From: Octopus bimaculoides
Taxonomy: Eukaryota
NCBI RefSeq assembly: GCF_001194135.2
Contig: NC_068983.1
Location: 27,254,960 to 27,293,454 of the forward strand
Length of the DNA: 38,495 bases
Direction of reading: 5' to 3'
Both the position numbers and the translations under genes were made by a program. Below the pieces are notes generated by a model. That model did not search any database and was not told the origin of the DNA. It saw only the letters and a program-made list of their open reading frames with translations. This document shows positions 22,691-36,216 of this stretch, one piece after another. Numbering within the stretch: position 1 is the first letter of the stretch; each line of letters begins with the position of its first letter.

Positions 22691-23058
22691 TTTATATTTA
22701 TATCACATTCTCTGCAATTACAAAATACTATCAGATATATACAGAATATGAACGTATTTGCACACGCACACCGACACATGCTATCACACATACACTTATA
22801 TGTAGGTATGCAAATATATACATATTTGCATACCTACAGATTTAGATAAATAGACATAGACAGACACACACACACACACACACGCACACACACACACACA
22901 CACACGCACACACATATGTATATATATATATATACATGCACACACACACACACACACAATGAATATATGTATGAGTCATTTTAGAAATGAAGGATTTATC
23001 ATTCTCTCACTAAATCATTTCCCTCATATAATTTTCTTTCCAAATGTTCTCCATAGTC

Positions 23059-23325
23059 TTTTATTTGTTTCAGTTATTTGACTGCGGTCATGCTGGAACA
23101 CCACCTTTAGTCGAACAAGCCGATGCCGGACTTATTGTTTTTAATCCTAGTATTTATTATATCGGTTTCCATCTACCAAATCCACTCACAAGGATTTGGT
23201 CGGCCCGAGGCTATAATAGAAGACATTTGCCCAAGGTGCTACGCAGTGGGACTGAACCCAGAACCTTGCGGTTGGTAAGCAAAGCTACTTACCTCACAGC
23301 AAGCTATTTACCACACTCCTGTGCC
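23059..23325 (-). mobile_element. SINE family B with head and tail joined by an internal deletion
   Basis: The tail (as 11422-11538) is joined at ATCGG|TTTCC directly to the head (as 16999-17134). A CAAGCTACTTACC-like motif is duplicated near the 5' end. Confidence 0.85.
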
Positions 23326-23678
23326 TATATATATATATATATNNNNNNNNNNNNNNNNNNNNNNNNNNNNNNNNNNNNNNNNNNNNNNNNNNNNNNNNNN
23401 NNNNNNNNNNNNNNNNNNNNNNNNNNNNNNNNNNNNNNNNNNNNNNNNNNNNNNNNNNNNNNNNNNNNNNNNNNNNNNNNNNNNNNNNNNNNNNNNNNNN
23501 NNNNNNNNNNNNNNNNNNNNNNNNNNNNNNNNAATATACTTCGTTACCTACATGTTTGTATGTATGAACTTTTATATACATAGAGAAAGCGTTTTTGCAT
23601 GAATACAGAGAAGTTTTATGAAGGAAAATGAAAGAACAGAAAGAGACAGATAAAGATAGAATGAAGAATGCGAACACA

Positions 23679-23714
<36 letters not shown>

Positions 23715-24320
23715 GATTGAATATGTACAAGTGTGTTTGTACTTGTTCGTGTGTGTATATGTGTGAAATTATCTATTTAATGTACAAATAAATACACGTA
23801 TAATCATATACATACACATGTGAGCACATAATTGTTCCCTCTCTCGTACGCATGGCCATAAAGATGTACATTAAAACTGAAACACTTCAGACTTCTGATA
23901 ATAAGAATCAAAATGATCCAATTACTGGCGCTATATTAAACACATTTTTAAGAACTCTTCTTTATGAAATACTGTATGGATTTCTTTCTGTTATTTTGTA
24001 AGCAAATGACTGATTTGCTATCTGTAATTCAACATCTTGCCAAGCGAATATATCTTTATGGGTACCAGAATTATCTAAAATCGTGCAACACCAGTAACAT
24101 AGTGATTTCGAAATCAAGCATAAAACCTTAGAATTCCTGTGAAAAGAAAATTTCCTATTGTGGATCTTACTCTTGGTTAAATTTGTTGCTATGCAATTAA
24201 GTACCAAAACATTTACGTCTTCATTTAATGAACGAAAAATTGCCTTTTCTCCACTGACAAGGCTCCTAAGTGATTCATTAGATTTATTATTTGTATTATA
24301 GACAGATATATATATATATA

Positions 24321-24537
24321 TTCTTTTCTACCCTAGGCACACAGCCCGAAATTTGGGTTGAGGGAGCCAGTCAATTAGATCGACCCCAGTACGCATCTGG
24401 TACTTAATTTTCTGACCCCGAAAGGATGAAAGGCAAAGTCGACCTCGGCGCAATTTGAACTCAGAGGGTAAAAACAGACGAAATACCGCTAAACATTTCG
24501 GCCGGCGTGCTAACGTTTCTGCCAGCTCTCTGCCTTA
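24321..24537 (-). mobile_element. Full-length tRNA-derived SINE family A
   Basis: Minus strand AGGCAGAGAGCTGGCAGAAACGTTAG...GAGTTCAAATT (B box)...GTCGACTTTGCCTTTCATCCTTTCGGGGTC...AAGTACCAG...AGAAAAGAA. Homologous to 2266-2401 and 32076-32385. Confidence 0.9.
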
Positions 24538-24544
24538 AAGAATT

Positions 24545-24640
24545 AATATATTATATTATATTATATATAATATAATATATATTATATTATATATAAGATA
24601 ATATATTATATTGTATATAATATAATATATTATATTATAT
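24545..24640. repeat. Almost pure A/T low-complexity minisatellite
   Basis: Repeated TATTATATTATATATAATATAATAT-type units. Confidence 0.6.
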
Positions 24641-25166
24641 ATCAAAATTACAATGAAATAGATATACATTGCCACTTATATTACTGAGAATTCTGAAGCT
24701 AAAAGCTAAAAGAAAGAAAACTGTACTAACGACGATGTGATCTTGTTACATTAAAGACAAAATATGCAGAAGATGACTGAAAACAAATTCCATATGTAAA
24801 TAATACTATTACAATTAAGGGCGAACTCTAATGAATAAGGATTAAAATGAATTGGAAACAAATATCAATATTTATCAAAATATCAAAATAATTTTTTTTA
24901 ATATTATATAATAAATAAATAAATAAATAAATAAATAAAAGCCAAAGACCGCCATTTGAGCCCACTATTAGACTTCAGAGTGGAAAACGCTAGAAATTGA
25001 GTATCCTCATTTTTAGAGAAGAGAGCAAAGTCATATTTAGTTCATTTATTATGAACCTGAATTCACAAAACAATATTATATTGATAACTCGTTGTTGGAT
25101 AAAGCTTCCATCTACAAACAATATAACAAGTATCAAGAAATCAAACTGATGATAAACAAAGACACT

Positions 25167-25551
25167 TGTTGTTGGTACTCCGTCGCTTACGACGTCGAGG
25201 GTTCCAGTTGATCCGATCAACAGAACAGCCTGCTCGTGAAATTAACGTGCAAGTGGCTGAGCACTCCACAGACACGTGTACCCTTAATGTAGTTCTAGGG
25301 GATATTCAACGTGACACAGTGTGACAAGGCTGACCCTTTGAATTACAGGTACATCAAAAACAGGAAGTAAGAGTAAGAGAAAGTTTTGGTGAAAGAGTAC
25401 AGCAGGGTTCGCCACCATCCCCTGCCGGAGCCTTGTGGAACTTTAGGTGTTTTTGCTCAATAAACACTCACAACGCCCGGTCAGAGAATCGAAACCGCGA
25501 TCCTATGAGCGCGAGTCCGCTGACCTAACCAATGGGCCATTGCGCCTCCAC
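25167..25551 (-). mobile_element. Full-length tRNA-derived SINE family C with 14-bp TSD
   Basis: Head GTGGAGGCGCAATGGCCCATTGGTTAG..GGTTTCGATTC, (AAC)n tail, and TSD TAAACAAAGACACT at 25153-25166 and 25552-25565. Confidence 0.9.
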
Positions 25552-26632
25552 TAAACAAAGACACTAGATCACGAAGAGTCATTCCAGGATATTTAGACAC
25601 AATAGCAACTTGACTAGAAGAATCCAAAGCTTCGCTTCTTTTTATGAAAATCTGAGTCATAAAAGTAACTAATTTTCAAGTTCGCTCGAGACAAAATGAC
25701 CGAGCTCCAGCTTCCTAAATCTCAAACTTCTTTTGGGAATCAGGAAATCCTGAAGCCCACTAAGGAAATGTAAATAAGTCGTCTTAGGGACTCTAGTTGC
25801 GTTTCAAAATTCTTTATATTTGAACTTATTTTCCTATATATAAATATCTATCTGAGCGTCCATCCCTCCGTGTGTGTGTATGTGGAGGGTGTAAGTGTGT
25901 GTGTGTGTGCATGTGTGTGTATTTTCATTCAAGAGATTCATGACGACAGATATGGAAATTTGTGTATTTATCCGTAGTATGTTTTAGGAGCAGAACGGAA
26001 CAGCAAATGCAGCAGGCGTGTCTATTGAATATGTAGTCACACATTTGCTGTCGTTGACAAATATGTCGATTCAACAAGCTTATAAAATCTCTGTTGGCAA
26101 GGAACCATTAATCTTGGCAAAACTTATATTATTGCAGTTTCATGTAGATATAGAAAACAAAACAAAAATGATAAATAAAATTTAACCTTTGGTAGATAGA
26201 AGAGTCTAAATTTAGAATATATAATTCATAATTAAAATTTATGAATAATCTCTACTTTCTTGTTTTGACGAAGATTATTAATTTAGATATAGAATTTCCC
26301 TTAGCAACAAAAAGATATCCATGTGGTTAAAATTCTCTCGGATTATCGAATCATCTACTTAAGCGTTCATTCCAGTATGAGGTGCAAGGTGTTCCAAAAG
26401 AAGGTTTGATTTGAGGAAGATTGCAAGGCTATTACTATAGTAAAAGTGCTCGAATGACCACGTAACTATTCCATAATTGGTTCAACCTTCTAGAAATAGC
26501 AAGCAAATCTCCCTCAATGAACATTCTATTGTCTTTAAAATACAATAGCTAAGACGGAACATAAGGTCGTGAGAGTAAAACTGGTATTAGAATTGTTTAG
26601 AATTTTTGCCGTTAGAGATGATGACAGTGATG

Positions 26633-26694
<62 letters not shown>

Positions 26695-26739
26695 CGCTGC
26701 TGCTGCTGCTGTTGCTGCTGCTATTGCTGCTTTTATAGT

Positions 26740-26776
<37 letters not shown>

Positions 26777-26912
26777 CATGATCATGATCTTCACCATCAT
26801 CATCATCATCAACATCATCGTCGACGTCGTCGTCTTCCTCCTCCTCACCATCATCATCATCATCACTATCATCACGATCATCAACTGTAAAAGCAGCAGT
26901 AGCAGTTCTAAT

Positions 26913-26978
<66 letters not shown>

Positions 26979-26979
26979 T

Positions 26980-27018
<39 letters not shown>

Positions 27019-27088
27019 ATAGTAGTAGTGGTGGTGGTGGTGGTGGTGGCGGTGGTGACGACGGCGGCGGCGGCAGCAGCAGCAGCAT

Positions 27089-27142
<54 letters not shown>

Positions 27143-27155
27143 CAGCAGCAGCATC
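26633..27155. repeat. Compound trinucleotide array
   Basis: (ACT)n(GCT)n(GAT)n(CAT)n(CGT)n...(TAT)n(TAG)n(TGG)n(CGG)n(CAG)n(TAG)n(CAG)n read directly. Confidence 0.95.
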
Positions 27156-27743
27156 AATAATAGAAGCACTGGCTGCACCAACAGCACCAGCATCAATAGT
27201 ATGCTAATGTAAGCGATAATTCATTATCATAGCAATTAAAGCAAAATCTATAGCATTATGACTGGTCAGGCTTTCTCAGTTTTGACGCCAAATATTTCAT
27301 TAAGTAATTGCAATGCGTCAGTTTCAGAGACTTCGTTTGCCAAAAATGTTTTAAATTATTCACATATCATTATACGCATATCATAAACTACCTGAATCAC
27401 TTGCCATTTATTTTTATATTGACTTCCTTTCTTTCCGAGTAGAAACAATGCCAACGGCTTTTCGCAAAGAATATAGACAACTAGGCCTATTTTGGCATAA
27501 TATTTGAAGATATATTCATCCTTGCATGATCTGAGTTGAGATATGAAGATATATTTCGAAATCAACATTTAATTATTCTCGGTAGCCTAGTACATCACAT
27601 CAGACCAGTTTCCTTGGCTGATCATCGATTCGGGAGTCTAATTTGTTTATTGTTTTCTTATATTTGATATTTAAATTCGGAAGAATAGAACTTACAGGTG
27701 GAACGTAGAGTATTTGTTTCTGTTTCATTATTTATTGTTATGT

Positions 27744-28128
27744 TGTTGTTGGCACTCCGTCGCTTACAACATCGGGGGTTCCACTTGATCCGATCAACGG
27801 AACAGCTTGCTCGTGAAAATAACGTGAAAGTGGCTGAGCACTCCACAGACACGTGTAGCCTTAACGAAGTTCTAGGGGATATTCAGCGTGACACAGTTTG
27901 ACAAGGCTGAACCTTTGAATTACAGGCACAAAAGGAACAGGAAGTAAGCGTGAGAGAAAGTTGTGGTGAAAGAGTACAGCAGGGTTCGCCACCATCCCCT
28001 GCCGGAGCCTCGTGGAGCTTTAGGTGTTTTTGCTCAATAAACACTCACAACGCCCGGTCTGGGAATCGAAACCGCGATCCTCTGAGCGCGAGTCCGCTGC
28101 CCTAACCAATGGGCCATTGCGCCTCCAC
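27744..28128 (-). mobile_element. Full-length tRNA-derived SINE family C with 11-bp TSD (1 mismatch)
   Basis: About 92% identical to 25167-25551 by manual count; TATTGTTATGT (27733-27743) versus TATTGTCATGT (28129-28139). Confidence 0.9.
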
Positions 28129-28588
28129 TATTGTCATGTAGTCGTGTAGATATCTCCATCGAGAAGACACTCTATCAAAGACATAAACGTGTGTTCATCC
28201 TATATTTTGAGGGTTATAAAATTTGATTTAAGAGCGGCTTAGCTGCAAGTTCTGATTACTAAGTAGATCGGTTGCTTTGTGTTTGGTTTTCATTGGATGA
28301 TGTCCCCTTCGTCAATTTATAGCGTTTGTCGAATTTATACTAATGTGCTAATTAGTTTACCCAGATGTGCAGCAAGCATGATTATAAAGCTCAGAGCTGA
28401 TAACTACCGATTAGAATGATGCTGGTACGAAAAGTATGGACATAACTAAAAACTTGAACGACTGTCATCGTTTTCATCTAAATGTCGCTAGATTCGAAAG
28501 CAGATTTGTTACCACAGAATCATTCCACAAATTGACATGTTGCAAGTGTATTTTACACAAAGCATATGTCCATTGTATGCAGATATTC

Positions 28589-29210
28589 TATCAGGTCATC
28601 CCATAAGTTCTGTCCGATTTTACTTTTTTAAAAATTGAATGAAATTTAATAGTGTTTTAGAATGTCTAATGGAATTGAATTTTTTTTTTTATACATTGGT
28701 GTACATTTAAACTAATTAAATATTCTTTTACAGAATAATAGAATTCAAGTTTCTTTGATTAAAACCCTTTCTAGCATGGAAGTGTCCAAAGAGCATTTAA
28801 GGCACATAATACTCTATGAGTACAAAAAAGGAAACTCTGCAGCCGAAGTGACTCGAAACATACACTCAGTTTATGAGAAAGAATGCTTGAATGAAAGAAC
28901 TTGTAGAAGATGGTTTGCAAAATTCAGAAATGGAGATTTCAGTTTTGAAGACGAAGATCGAATAGTTGAGTTTGATAAGCTCCTTGAGGCACTACTTGAA
29001 GAAAATCCTGCATTATCAGTTGAAGAATTGGCAATAAAGCTCAGTTCAAACCATACAACTGTTCATCGTCATCTTCAACAACTTGGAAAGGTTCCTAAAC
29101 TTGGAAAATGTGTGCCTCATAAACTGTCCGAAAGCAACCGCAAATCCCGAGTTGACATCTGCTCTTCTCGCCATTCTCGCGAACTCATTTCACCCTTTTT
29201 GGATAGACTT
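28589..29210 (+). mobile_element. 5' half of a mariner transposon (TIR plus DNA-binding domain of transposase)
   Basis: TA-TCAGGTCATCCCATAAGTTCTGTCCGA is a TIR-like start. The ORF from ATG 28776 reads MEVSKEHLRHIILYEYKKGNSAAEVTRNI..NERTCRRWFAKFRNGDFSFEDE..LGKCVPHKLS..FLDRL, i.e. two HTH domains and a WVPHxL-like linker, truncated just before the VTGDEKW motif. Confidence 0.9.
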
Positions 29211-31400
29211 AAATATTTCAAGAAAAATTAAAAAGAAAAATGAAGGTTGACTGATGATCCGAATTACTGGGAAATGCTCAAACCACTGACGTACATCTCT
29301 TCAGCATGAGTAACAGAAAAGGAGAGATATGAAGAGGGAGAGAGGGAGGAGGAAAAGAAGAGAGAGAAACTGAACGACATGAGAAAAGGAAGAAAGCAAT
29401 AGAAAGTGAAACAACTTCACAATATTTGCAAGTTACTTGAAAATAAAATACCATTAATCGATGCACAGTTCGGCGTGAAAGTGTAAAGTAAGCTAAAAAA
29501 ATATTGCCCAATGCACTACTAGCAGTTATTTCTTTCGCTTTGCGTTTCATTGAATGCTAAATTGTTTGCGACTGAATTCGAAATTCAAACTGAAAACCTT
29601 AAAACAAAACTAAACTTGATACCTCAAATCTAGTTTCCTACTCAACTTTGCCCTTCAGCTCTAAACAAGACCTACTATTGATTTGATTATATGTACGTGT
29701 ATCGTACCAGCGAATAGACAATCATTAACATTATGGGTTTATTTAAACGGTCTTATGCTTCATCAATAAAACTTATGATCTTGCACAGTTAGAAAAAAGT
29801 AATTATACACATAATCACAGCGTTGTCAATAAAGTTCAGTTAAAAATATCTTTGCCGCAGTTTCAATTTTGTTTGCGATGCTGTATGTTGAGTGAACCGA
29901 CGATGACAGGCCTAGTACCACATTGATGGAAATCTCTTATCATTCCTCCAGCAATTATATTTAAATGAAGCTGCAGACTTTACAACTCCCAGTTCCCAAA
30001 GATCCGAAATATTTAAGTCCACCCTTCCCGATACTGCACTCTTTAAAAGTCTGACAGATTTATGATATATTAATTCCCTCGTCGGTGACCTTCGTAACTA
30101 TGTGTTAATAGATCTGTAAAATGTAAACGAATGAAGTAATGCATGAGTGAACCTAATTGGTTTTGTAATTGCATGCAACATTTTTTGTTTCTTTCTCTTA
30201 ATTTTGCTCGTTTGTCGAAAGAGTAAAGGCAGTTTTAGCGTTTGACGTGAACGAAATGATGCATTGCCATCTAAAATTACAATCAATGAATCGAAAGGGG
30301 TTAAAATGCTCCAGCGTTCTTCAAATCCAGCACAATGAACAGAAACAAACAAAGCCATACATGAAAAACATTACGCGCTATTTAACTGGCTCTTTCCCTT
30401 CATTTTAACCAAACAAACAAAATCCATCAAGTGCATTCTCAATCATAATCATAAAACAAAACAAAAAAAATTAAAGCAAATATGAAATATTCTCTTTTGA
30501 TTCCTTTCTAAATGTAAACATTGATAACTTCCAGAGAAAAATTCTTTAACTTATCAATCAATCAAGTATTTAAAGAACTGTATGATCAATAGGTTAACAT
30601 TAGGTAGATTTATTGTTGCCTTCAAAGATCTTCTGCAATAGAAAAATGTTTATAATCATAACAGTAGGTCTTAGTGAAACTAAGCCTCTGAGTCTGGGAT
30701 ACTGGCATGGTAGATTATACACAGAAATGAGAAAATAAGTCTATACATCAAGTTAAACATTGGCTGGGATATCAAATATAGCGACTAGATCACAATATGT
30801 TAAAGGTGGAATCAGCCATACCAACTCTTTTCTCCTGTTAACGAACTGAACGATATTTTCTTTCTCAGAAATAAATGCATTGAATTGAATCTCTAGGGAC
30901 ACTACGATAAATATGAGTGGCTTAAAAAGGGAAAATAGTGTGAAACTTGCCTCGCATATTATTGGGTGACTCACATATTTTTTTTCGAGTCATAACAATA
31001 ACTTAAATAAGTTTTTCAGGATCAGGAAAAGTGTTTGAGAGAGAAGAACAGCATACGAAATACATTACGATATTTAGTGGAATATTTGTAATCACTAACT
31101 TCAAATCCGTCCCAGATTAGTAAAGATGTTGTACGAATATTACATTCAATACGTCCCGTCTACGAAAGTATGCCACGTGCATCTCTAAGAAACTCTAAAT
31201 TGATGATATCATCTTAAAATATATATTGATTGCTTACTTAGTCCACAGATTCATCGAAGAAATATTATAGAAATGTCTGTGTTTATGATTTTCCCAAGGG
31301 TATTTTGCGGATGAAATGAATTGACTTAAAGTTCCTCGCCAATAATCAGTATAAGATACTAGACATATACAAACACGCACACACAAACACATACTCTTAC

Positions 31401-31464
31401 TTTTATTCTTTTACTTGTTTCAGTCATTTGACTGCGGCCTTGTTAGAGCACCGTCTTTAGTCGA

Positions 31465-31465
<1 letters not shown>
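31401..31465 (-). mobile_element. SINE family B 3' tail fragment
   Basis: TTTTATTCTTTTACTTGTTTCAGTCATTTGACTGCGGCCTTGTTAGAGCACCGTCTTTAGTCGAA, then (TA)n(TG)n. Confidence 0.7.
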
Positions 31466-31549
<84 letters not shown>

Positions 31550-32075
31550 AGTATGTTTGTAAATANNNNNNNNNNATATATGCATGCATGTATGTATGTA
31601 TGTATGTATGCATTATGTATATTTGTCTGTATATGTATGTAGGAATTTATGTATGTATATATATGAATACGTTATAATATATTTATTCATCTTAACTTTA
31701 TTCAAGATGATGCGAGGACAGCACCACTACAACACCCATTCTACAGTCTAGAGCATTTACATATTGTTATTTCGTACTATAAATCATGATTAATAGAAAT
31801 TTCTACAATGGCTTGAACGACGAAATTGAGGGATAGGCTTCAAAAGTGTAAACAAATAATTTTACAGTGTCACAGTACAAACATTCTCTTGGCGACTTCA
31901 CTCAATTTTTCCAATAATTATACTATCACTACATTCAGTCTTCCACATTTTTTCTTGTCTGTCATACACACCTAACCACACACACACACGAATTCCAAGG
32001 CTCCTAAATTCCTACTACTTTCGATAATTGAAAAAATATTCAAAAGTTTCGTTATAGACATGAAACAGTAATAAT

Positions 32076-32385
32076 CTTTTGTACTATAGGCACAAGGTCT
32101 CAAATTTGGGAGAAGGGGTCTAGTCGATTACATCAACCCTACTGATCATACATGAGCCACTAATAATAATGAAACGATAATCGTTTCTTACTTTGGGCAC
32201 AATTTGAACAGTTTTCAAGAGGAGGAGTTGTTAAAATCATCTTCCTTAGTACTTGACTTACACATTATTTTATTGACCCCGAACAGAAGAAAAGTGGAGT
32301 TAACCTCTGCTGGATTTGAACTTAGATCGCATAGAAATAGAACAATATTGAAATACACGTTTCCCGAGGCATACTCTTTACAAAC
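32076..32385 (-). mobile_element. Two adjacent decayed SINE family A copies
   Basis: 32076-32145 (TAGGCACAAGGTCTCAAATTTGG..AGTCGATTACATCAACCC) and 32185-32385 (GGGCACAA..TATTGACCCCGAA..GGATTTGAACT) both align to 24321-24537. Confidence 0.55.
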
Positions 32386-33646
32386 ACTTTAAGATTTAAA
32401 TAATTGAATAATGACAGTTGTGATTTAGATTTAGTTTCAATTCTCGAAGCTTACTTGGCGGATGAAAAGGCATATGTAATTGTGGAGAAAGTGTAAGAAC
32501 CGAAACAGTTACTTCGTGTAATGAAAACATATTTAGTGCGTTTAGTCGATTGTGCAATACATAAGACATTTAATAGAAAGGACACTGTTATTGCGTAGGA
32601 TTCTGGTTTGATTGAAGAGGTTGTCTTAATAATTTCTTAATGCTTTTTTTCTCTCTTTATCTTGTCTGTGAATGAATGTTTCCCTATCAACCAACCGGCC
32701 TTTGTTTACTTGTGTGTGTTTGTTTGCAAGTGGTTAGAGTTATGTGTATAAATATTTAGTAGAGGATGCAAAGAGTTAGCGTTTATTAAAACCCATGATA
32801 TGTTTCTATCGTGAGAAGGGAATTCGCCTTTGTAATATGATGTAGCTATAAGAAACATATGAGTCTTTCATTGATTGTTAAGACTTGACAGTTATCTAAA
32901 GAGAAGTTTAGTTCAAAACAGTCGAATTATTGTTTCTACCGTATACAAAGTGCACAAAGCGATAACGTTATACGAACCAGCAATGGTTTGGCTAACTACA
33001 ACTCAATGTGTATCGAAAAAAAAATACGACACAAAAAAACCGAAAAAACTTGGTTAAAGTTGCGCAGTATATGCAAGTGGCAGATAAAGAGTTGTTCGAT
33101 AAATATTTAGCAAGGGAGGGAAAACAGCCGTTCGGTATCATCAGAATACACAGGCCATCGAAAATCGAACGAAACTAATCGATTTTTATCAACTATCAAA
33201 GTTACAAGTTGGAACTTCTAGTGGAAAATGTATTCGGGAAGATTGATTTTACTTTTGATAACAATCTCAAAAGTTGGCATTTGTCTGATTTGTCTGCATA
33301 AATAATTTTAATTCTTGTTGCAGTGAATGTTGCATTTGTTAGTATTTGTACTTGTTTCTATTGTTCAATATTTTATTTTTCACAAATATATTGAAGACTA
33401 CATCTATATTATAAATAGTATTATCAGTCACAACACGTAACCGAACGAATTTCCCCCCTTTGGGTGCCTTTATGATACATATACATACACATATACATAT
33501 ATACATACACGCACACTCATGCGCACACGCATGCAAGCACATACACAGAAACGCACACGCACAAGTATATATATATAAATGTATATATATAAATATATAT
33601 ATACATAAATATATATATGTAAAAATATATATGTAAATATATATAC

Positions 33647-33681
<35 letters not shown>

Positions 33682-33871
33682 NNNNNNNNNNNNNNNNNNN
33701 NNNNNNNNNNNNNNNNNNNNNNNNNNNNNNNNNNNNNNNNNNNNNNNNNNNNNNNNNNNNNNNNNNNNNNNNNNNNNNNNNNNNNNNNNNNNNNNNNNNN
33801 NNNNNNNNNNNNNNNNNNNNNNNNNNNNNNNNNNNNNNNNNNNNNNNNNNNNNNNNNNNNNNNNNNNNNNN

Positions 33872-33933
<62 letters not shown>

Positions 33934-35131
33934 ACATATACTATACAGAGAAAGCCTGCACTAGAAATAGTATATATTTATAGATAGAGTTACAGGGTGT
34001 TATATATGGTCATAAAAAGTCTACACACATGCATGCGCACTTGGCGTGCATAATAACACGTTTGTCTGTGTGTGCGCGCGCAAACATTTATTGTTCCGTG
34101 TTTATGCATATATTCGTATATTTTTATCTCACACATCCTGGATTAGCCCATCAGTGTTTTCTTATACTCATCCGTGTATATATACTAGATAATATATATA
34201 AGCATTGAACATTGTGACTAAATCATATCAATCACAGTAGCGTATGTTCACTGATTAATTCTCTTATTGTTCCACGCGAAGTATGNNNNNNNNNNNNNNN
34301 NNNNNNNNNNNNNNNNNNNNNNNNNNNNNNNNNNNNNNNNNNNNNNNNNNNNNNNNNNNNNNNNNNNNNNNNNNNNNNNNNNNNNGATACCAGCGCGCAC
34401 GCACACACATACATACATTTATATAATGTAATCATATATACATTTATGCTTTCGTGTATTCCTTTTTTCTCTGCAGATTGAATAGTTTGTTGACAAAATA
34501 GCAATGAAGATGTGCATACGGTGCAAGTGTGGGTGTATTTATATAGTGAATATTTACTTCGAAGTTTCACAGAATCCGACTTGTGAAAAATGTATGTAAT
34601 GAGGGAAATTTACCTGCTGTATATCTGTTTTTTTTTATTGTTTTTGTTCCTTGCTGTTTTTTGTATGCTTGTTTTCTTGTCAGAGGTTGGCTTGAAGTAG
34701 TTATTTAAAACAATGCGATGAATTTACATACTTAAAAATATTTATTTCTTTCCTCTTCAAATGTACAGCCATGCGAAATGTAAAATTACAAGGATAACTA
34801 AGAATATAGTAAAATTTCGAATCACTCCGCACTTGTATTCAATTGTCTTTCCATGATATGCTAAAACATTTATTCCTGTTGCATTGTCTACTCTTTCAAA
34901 AAGTTATCTGTAAACTATATCATATCAGTACTAAGTATAGCGTAAATTCCTTATCAGCAGACATTATTTTAAGAGACCTCTATCGGCAAAGTTTCGAAGT
35001 AAACAAACATTATCCTTAACAGATATTAATTTGATTCTACAAACAGTGCATGTTGTCTGCATATAATAAGAACAGAAATCTATTAAAATAACCAATTTCC
35101 TCTATGAATTTCGGCATGTTTGTGGCTACAC

Positions 35132-35162
<31 letters not shown>

Positions 35163-36010
35163 TANNNNNNNNNNNNNNNNNNNNNNNNNNNNNNNNNNNN
35201 NNNNNNNNNNNNNNNNNNNNNNNNNNNNNNNNNNNNNNNNNNNNNNNNNNNNNNNNNNNNNNNNNNNNNNNNNNNNNNNNNNNNNNNNNNNNNNNNNNNN
35301 NNNNNNNNNNNNNNNNNNNNNNNNNNNNNNNNNNNNNNNNNNNNNNNNNNNNNNNNNNNNNNNNNNNNNNNNNNNNNNNNNNNNNNNNNNNNNNNNNNNN
35401 NNNNNNNNNNNNNNNNNNNNNNNNNNNNNNNNNNNNNNNNNNNNNNNNNNNNNNNNNNNNNNNNNNNNNNNNNNNNNNNNNNNNNNNNNNNNNNNNNNNN
35501 NNNNNNNNNNNNNNNNNNNNNNNNNNNNNNNNNNNNNNNNNNNNNNNNNNNNNNNNNNNNNNNNNNNNNNNNNNNNNNNNNNNNNNNNNNNNNNNNNNNN
35601 NNNNNNNNNNNNNNNNNNNNNNNNNNNNNNNNNNNNNNNNNNNNNNNNNNNNNNNNNNNNNNNNNNNNNNNNNNNNNNNNNNNNNNNNNNNNNNNNNNNN
35701 NNNNNNNNNNNNNNNNNNNNNNNNNNNNNNNNNNNNNNNNNNNNNNNNNNNNNNNNNNNNNNNNNNNNNNNNNNNNNNNNNNNNNNNNNNNNNNNNNNNN
35801 NNNNNNNNNNNNNNNNNNNNNNNNNNNNNNNNNNNNNNNNNNNNNNNNNNNNNNNNNNNNNNNNNNNNNNNNNNNNNNNNNNNNNNNNNNNNNNNNNNNN
35901 NTATAACTACAGTTTGCATATTTATGTATGCTTATCTTCAATGTCTGTGTATATACATAAAGGATTAAGTGCGACCGTATATGTAGATTAGGGCTGTGTT
36001 TATACACACA

Positions 36011-36051
<41 letters not shown>

Positions 36052-36216
36052 ATTCTTATATATTCTATGCACATTCATATATTCATACATGCTTGCATAT
36101 GTGTATTGCATGTATGTATGTATGTATGCATGCATGCATGCGTGTATATATGTATGTACGTATGTATGTATGCATGATGTATGAATGTATGTATGTATGT
36201 ATGTATGTATGCATAA

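Noticed and set aside
25480-25551. tRNA genes at SINE heads (also 28055-28128, 24460-24537, 36217-36290)
   Set aside because: They have A/B boxes but no intact cloverleaf, and continue into SINE bodies with tails or TSDs.
26606-27212. Poly-S/I/L/T/H ORFs of 94-194 aa
   Set aside because: By-products of trinucleotide repeats, open on both strands with no non-repetitive domain.
29245-29315. CTGATGA...GAAATGC on plus and CTGAAGA on minus
   Set aside because: Stem II is only 2 bp and there is no NUH triplet on plus; GAAA is missing on minus. At best a degraded relic.
33120-33148. CUGAUGA-UACCGAACGG on the minus strand
   Set aside because: No GAAA, and no stem II or stem I support.
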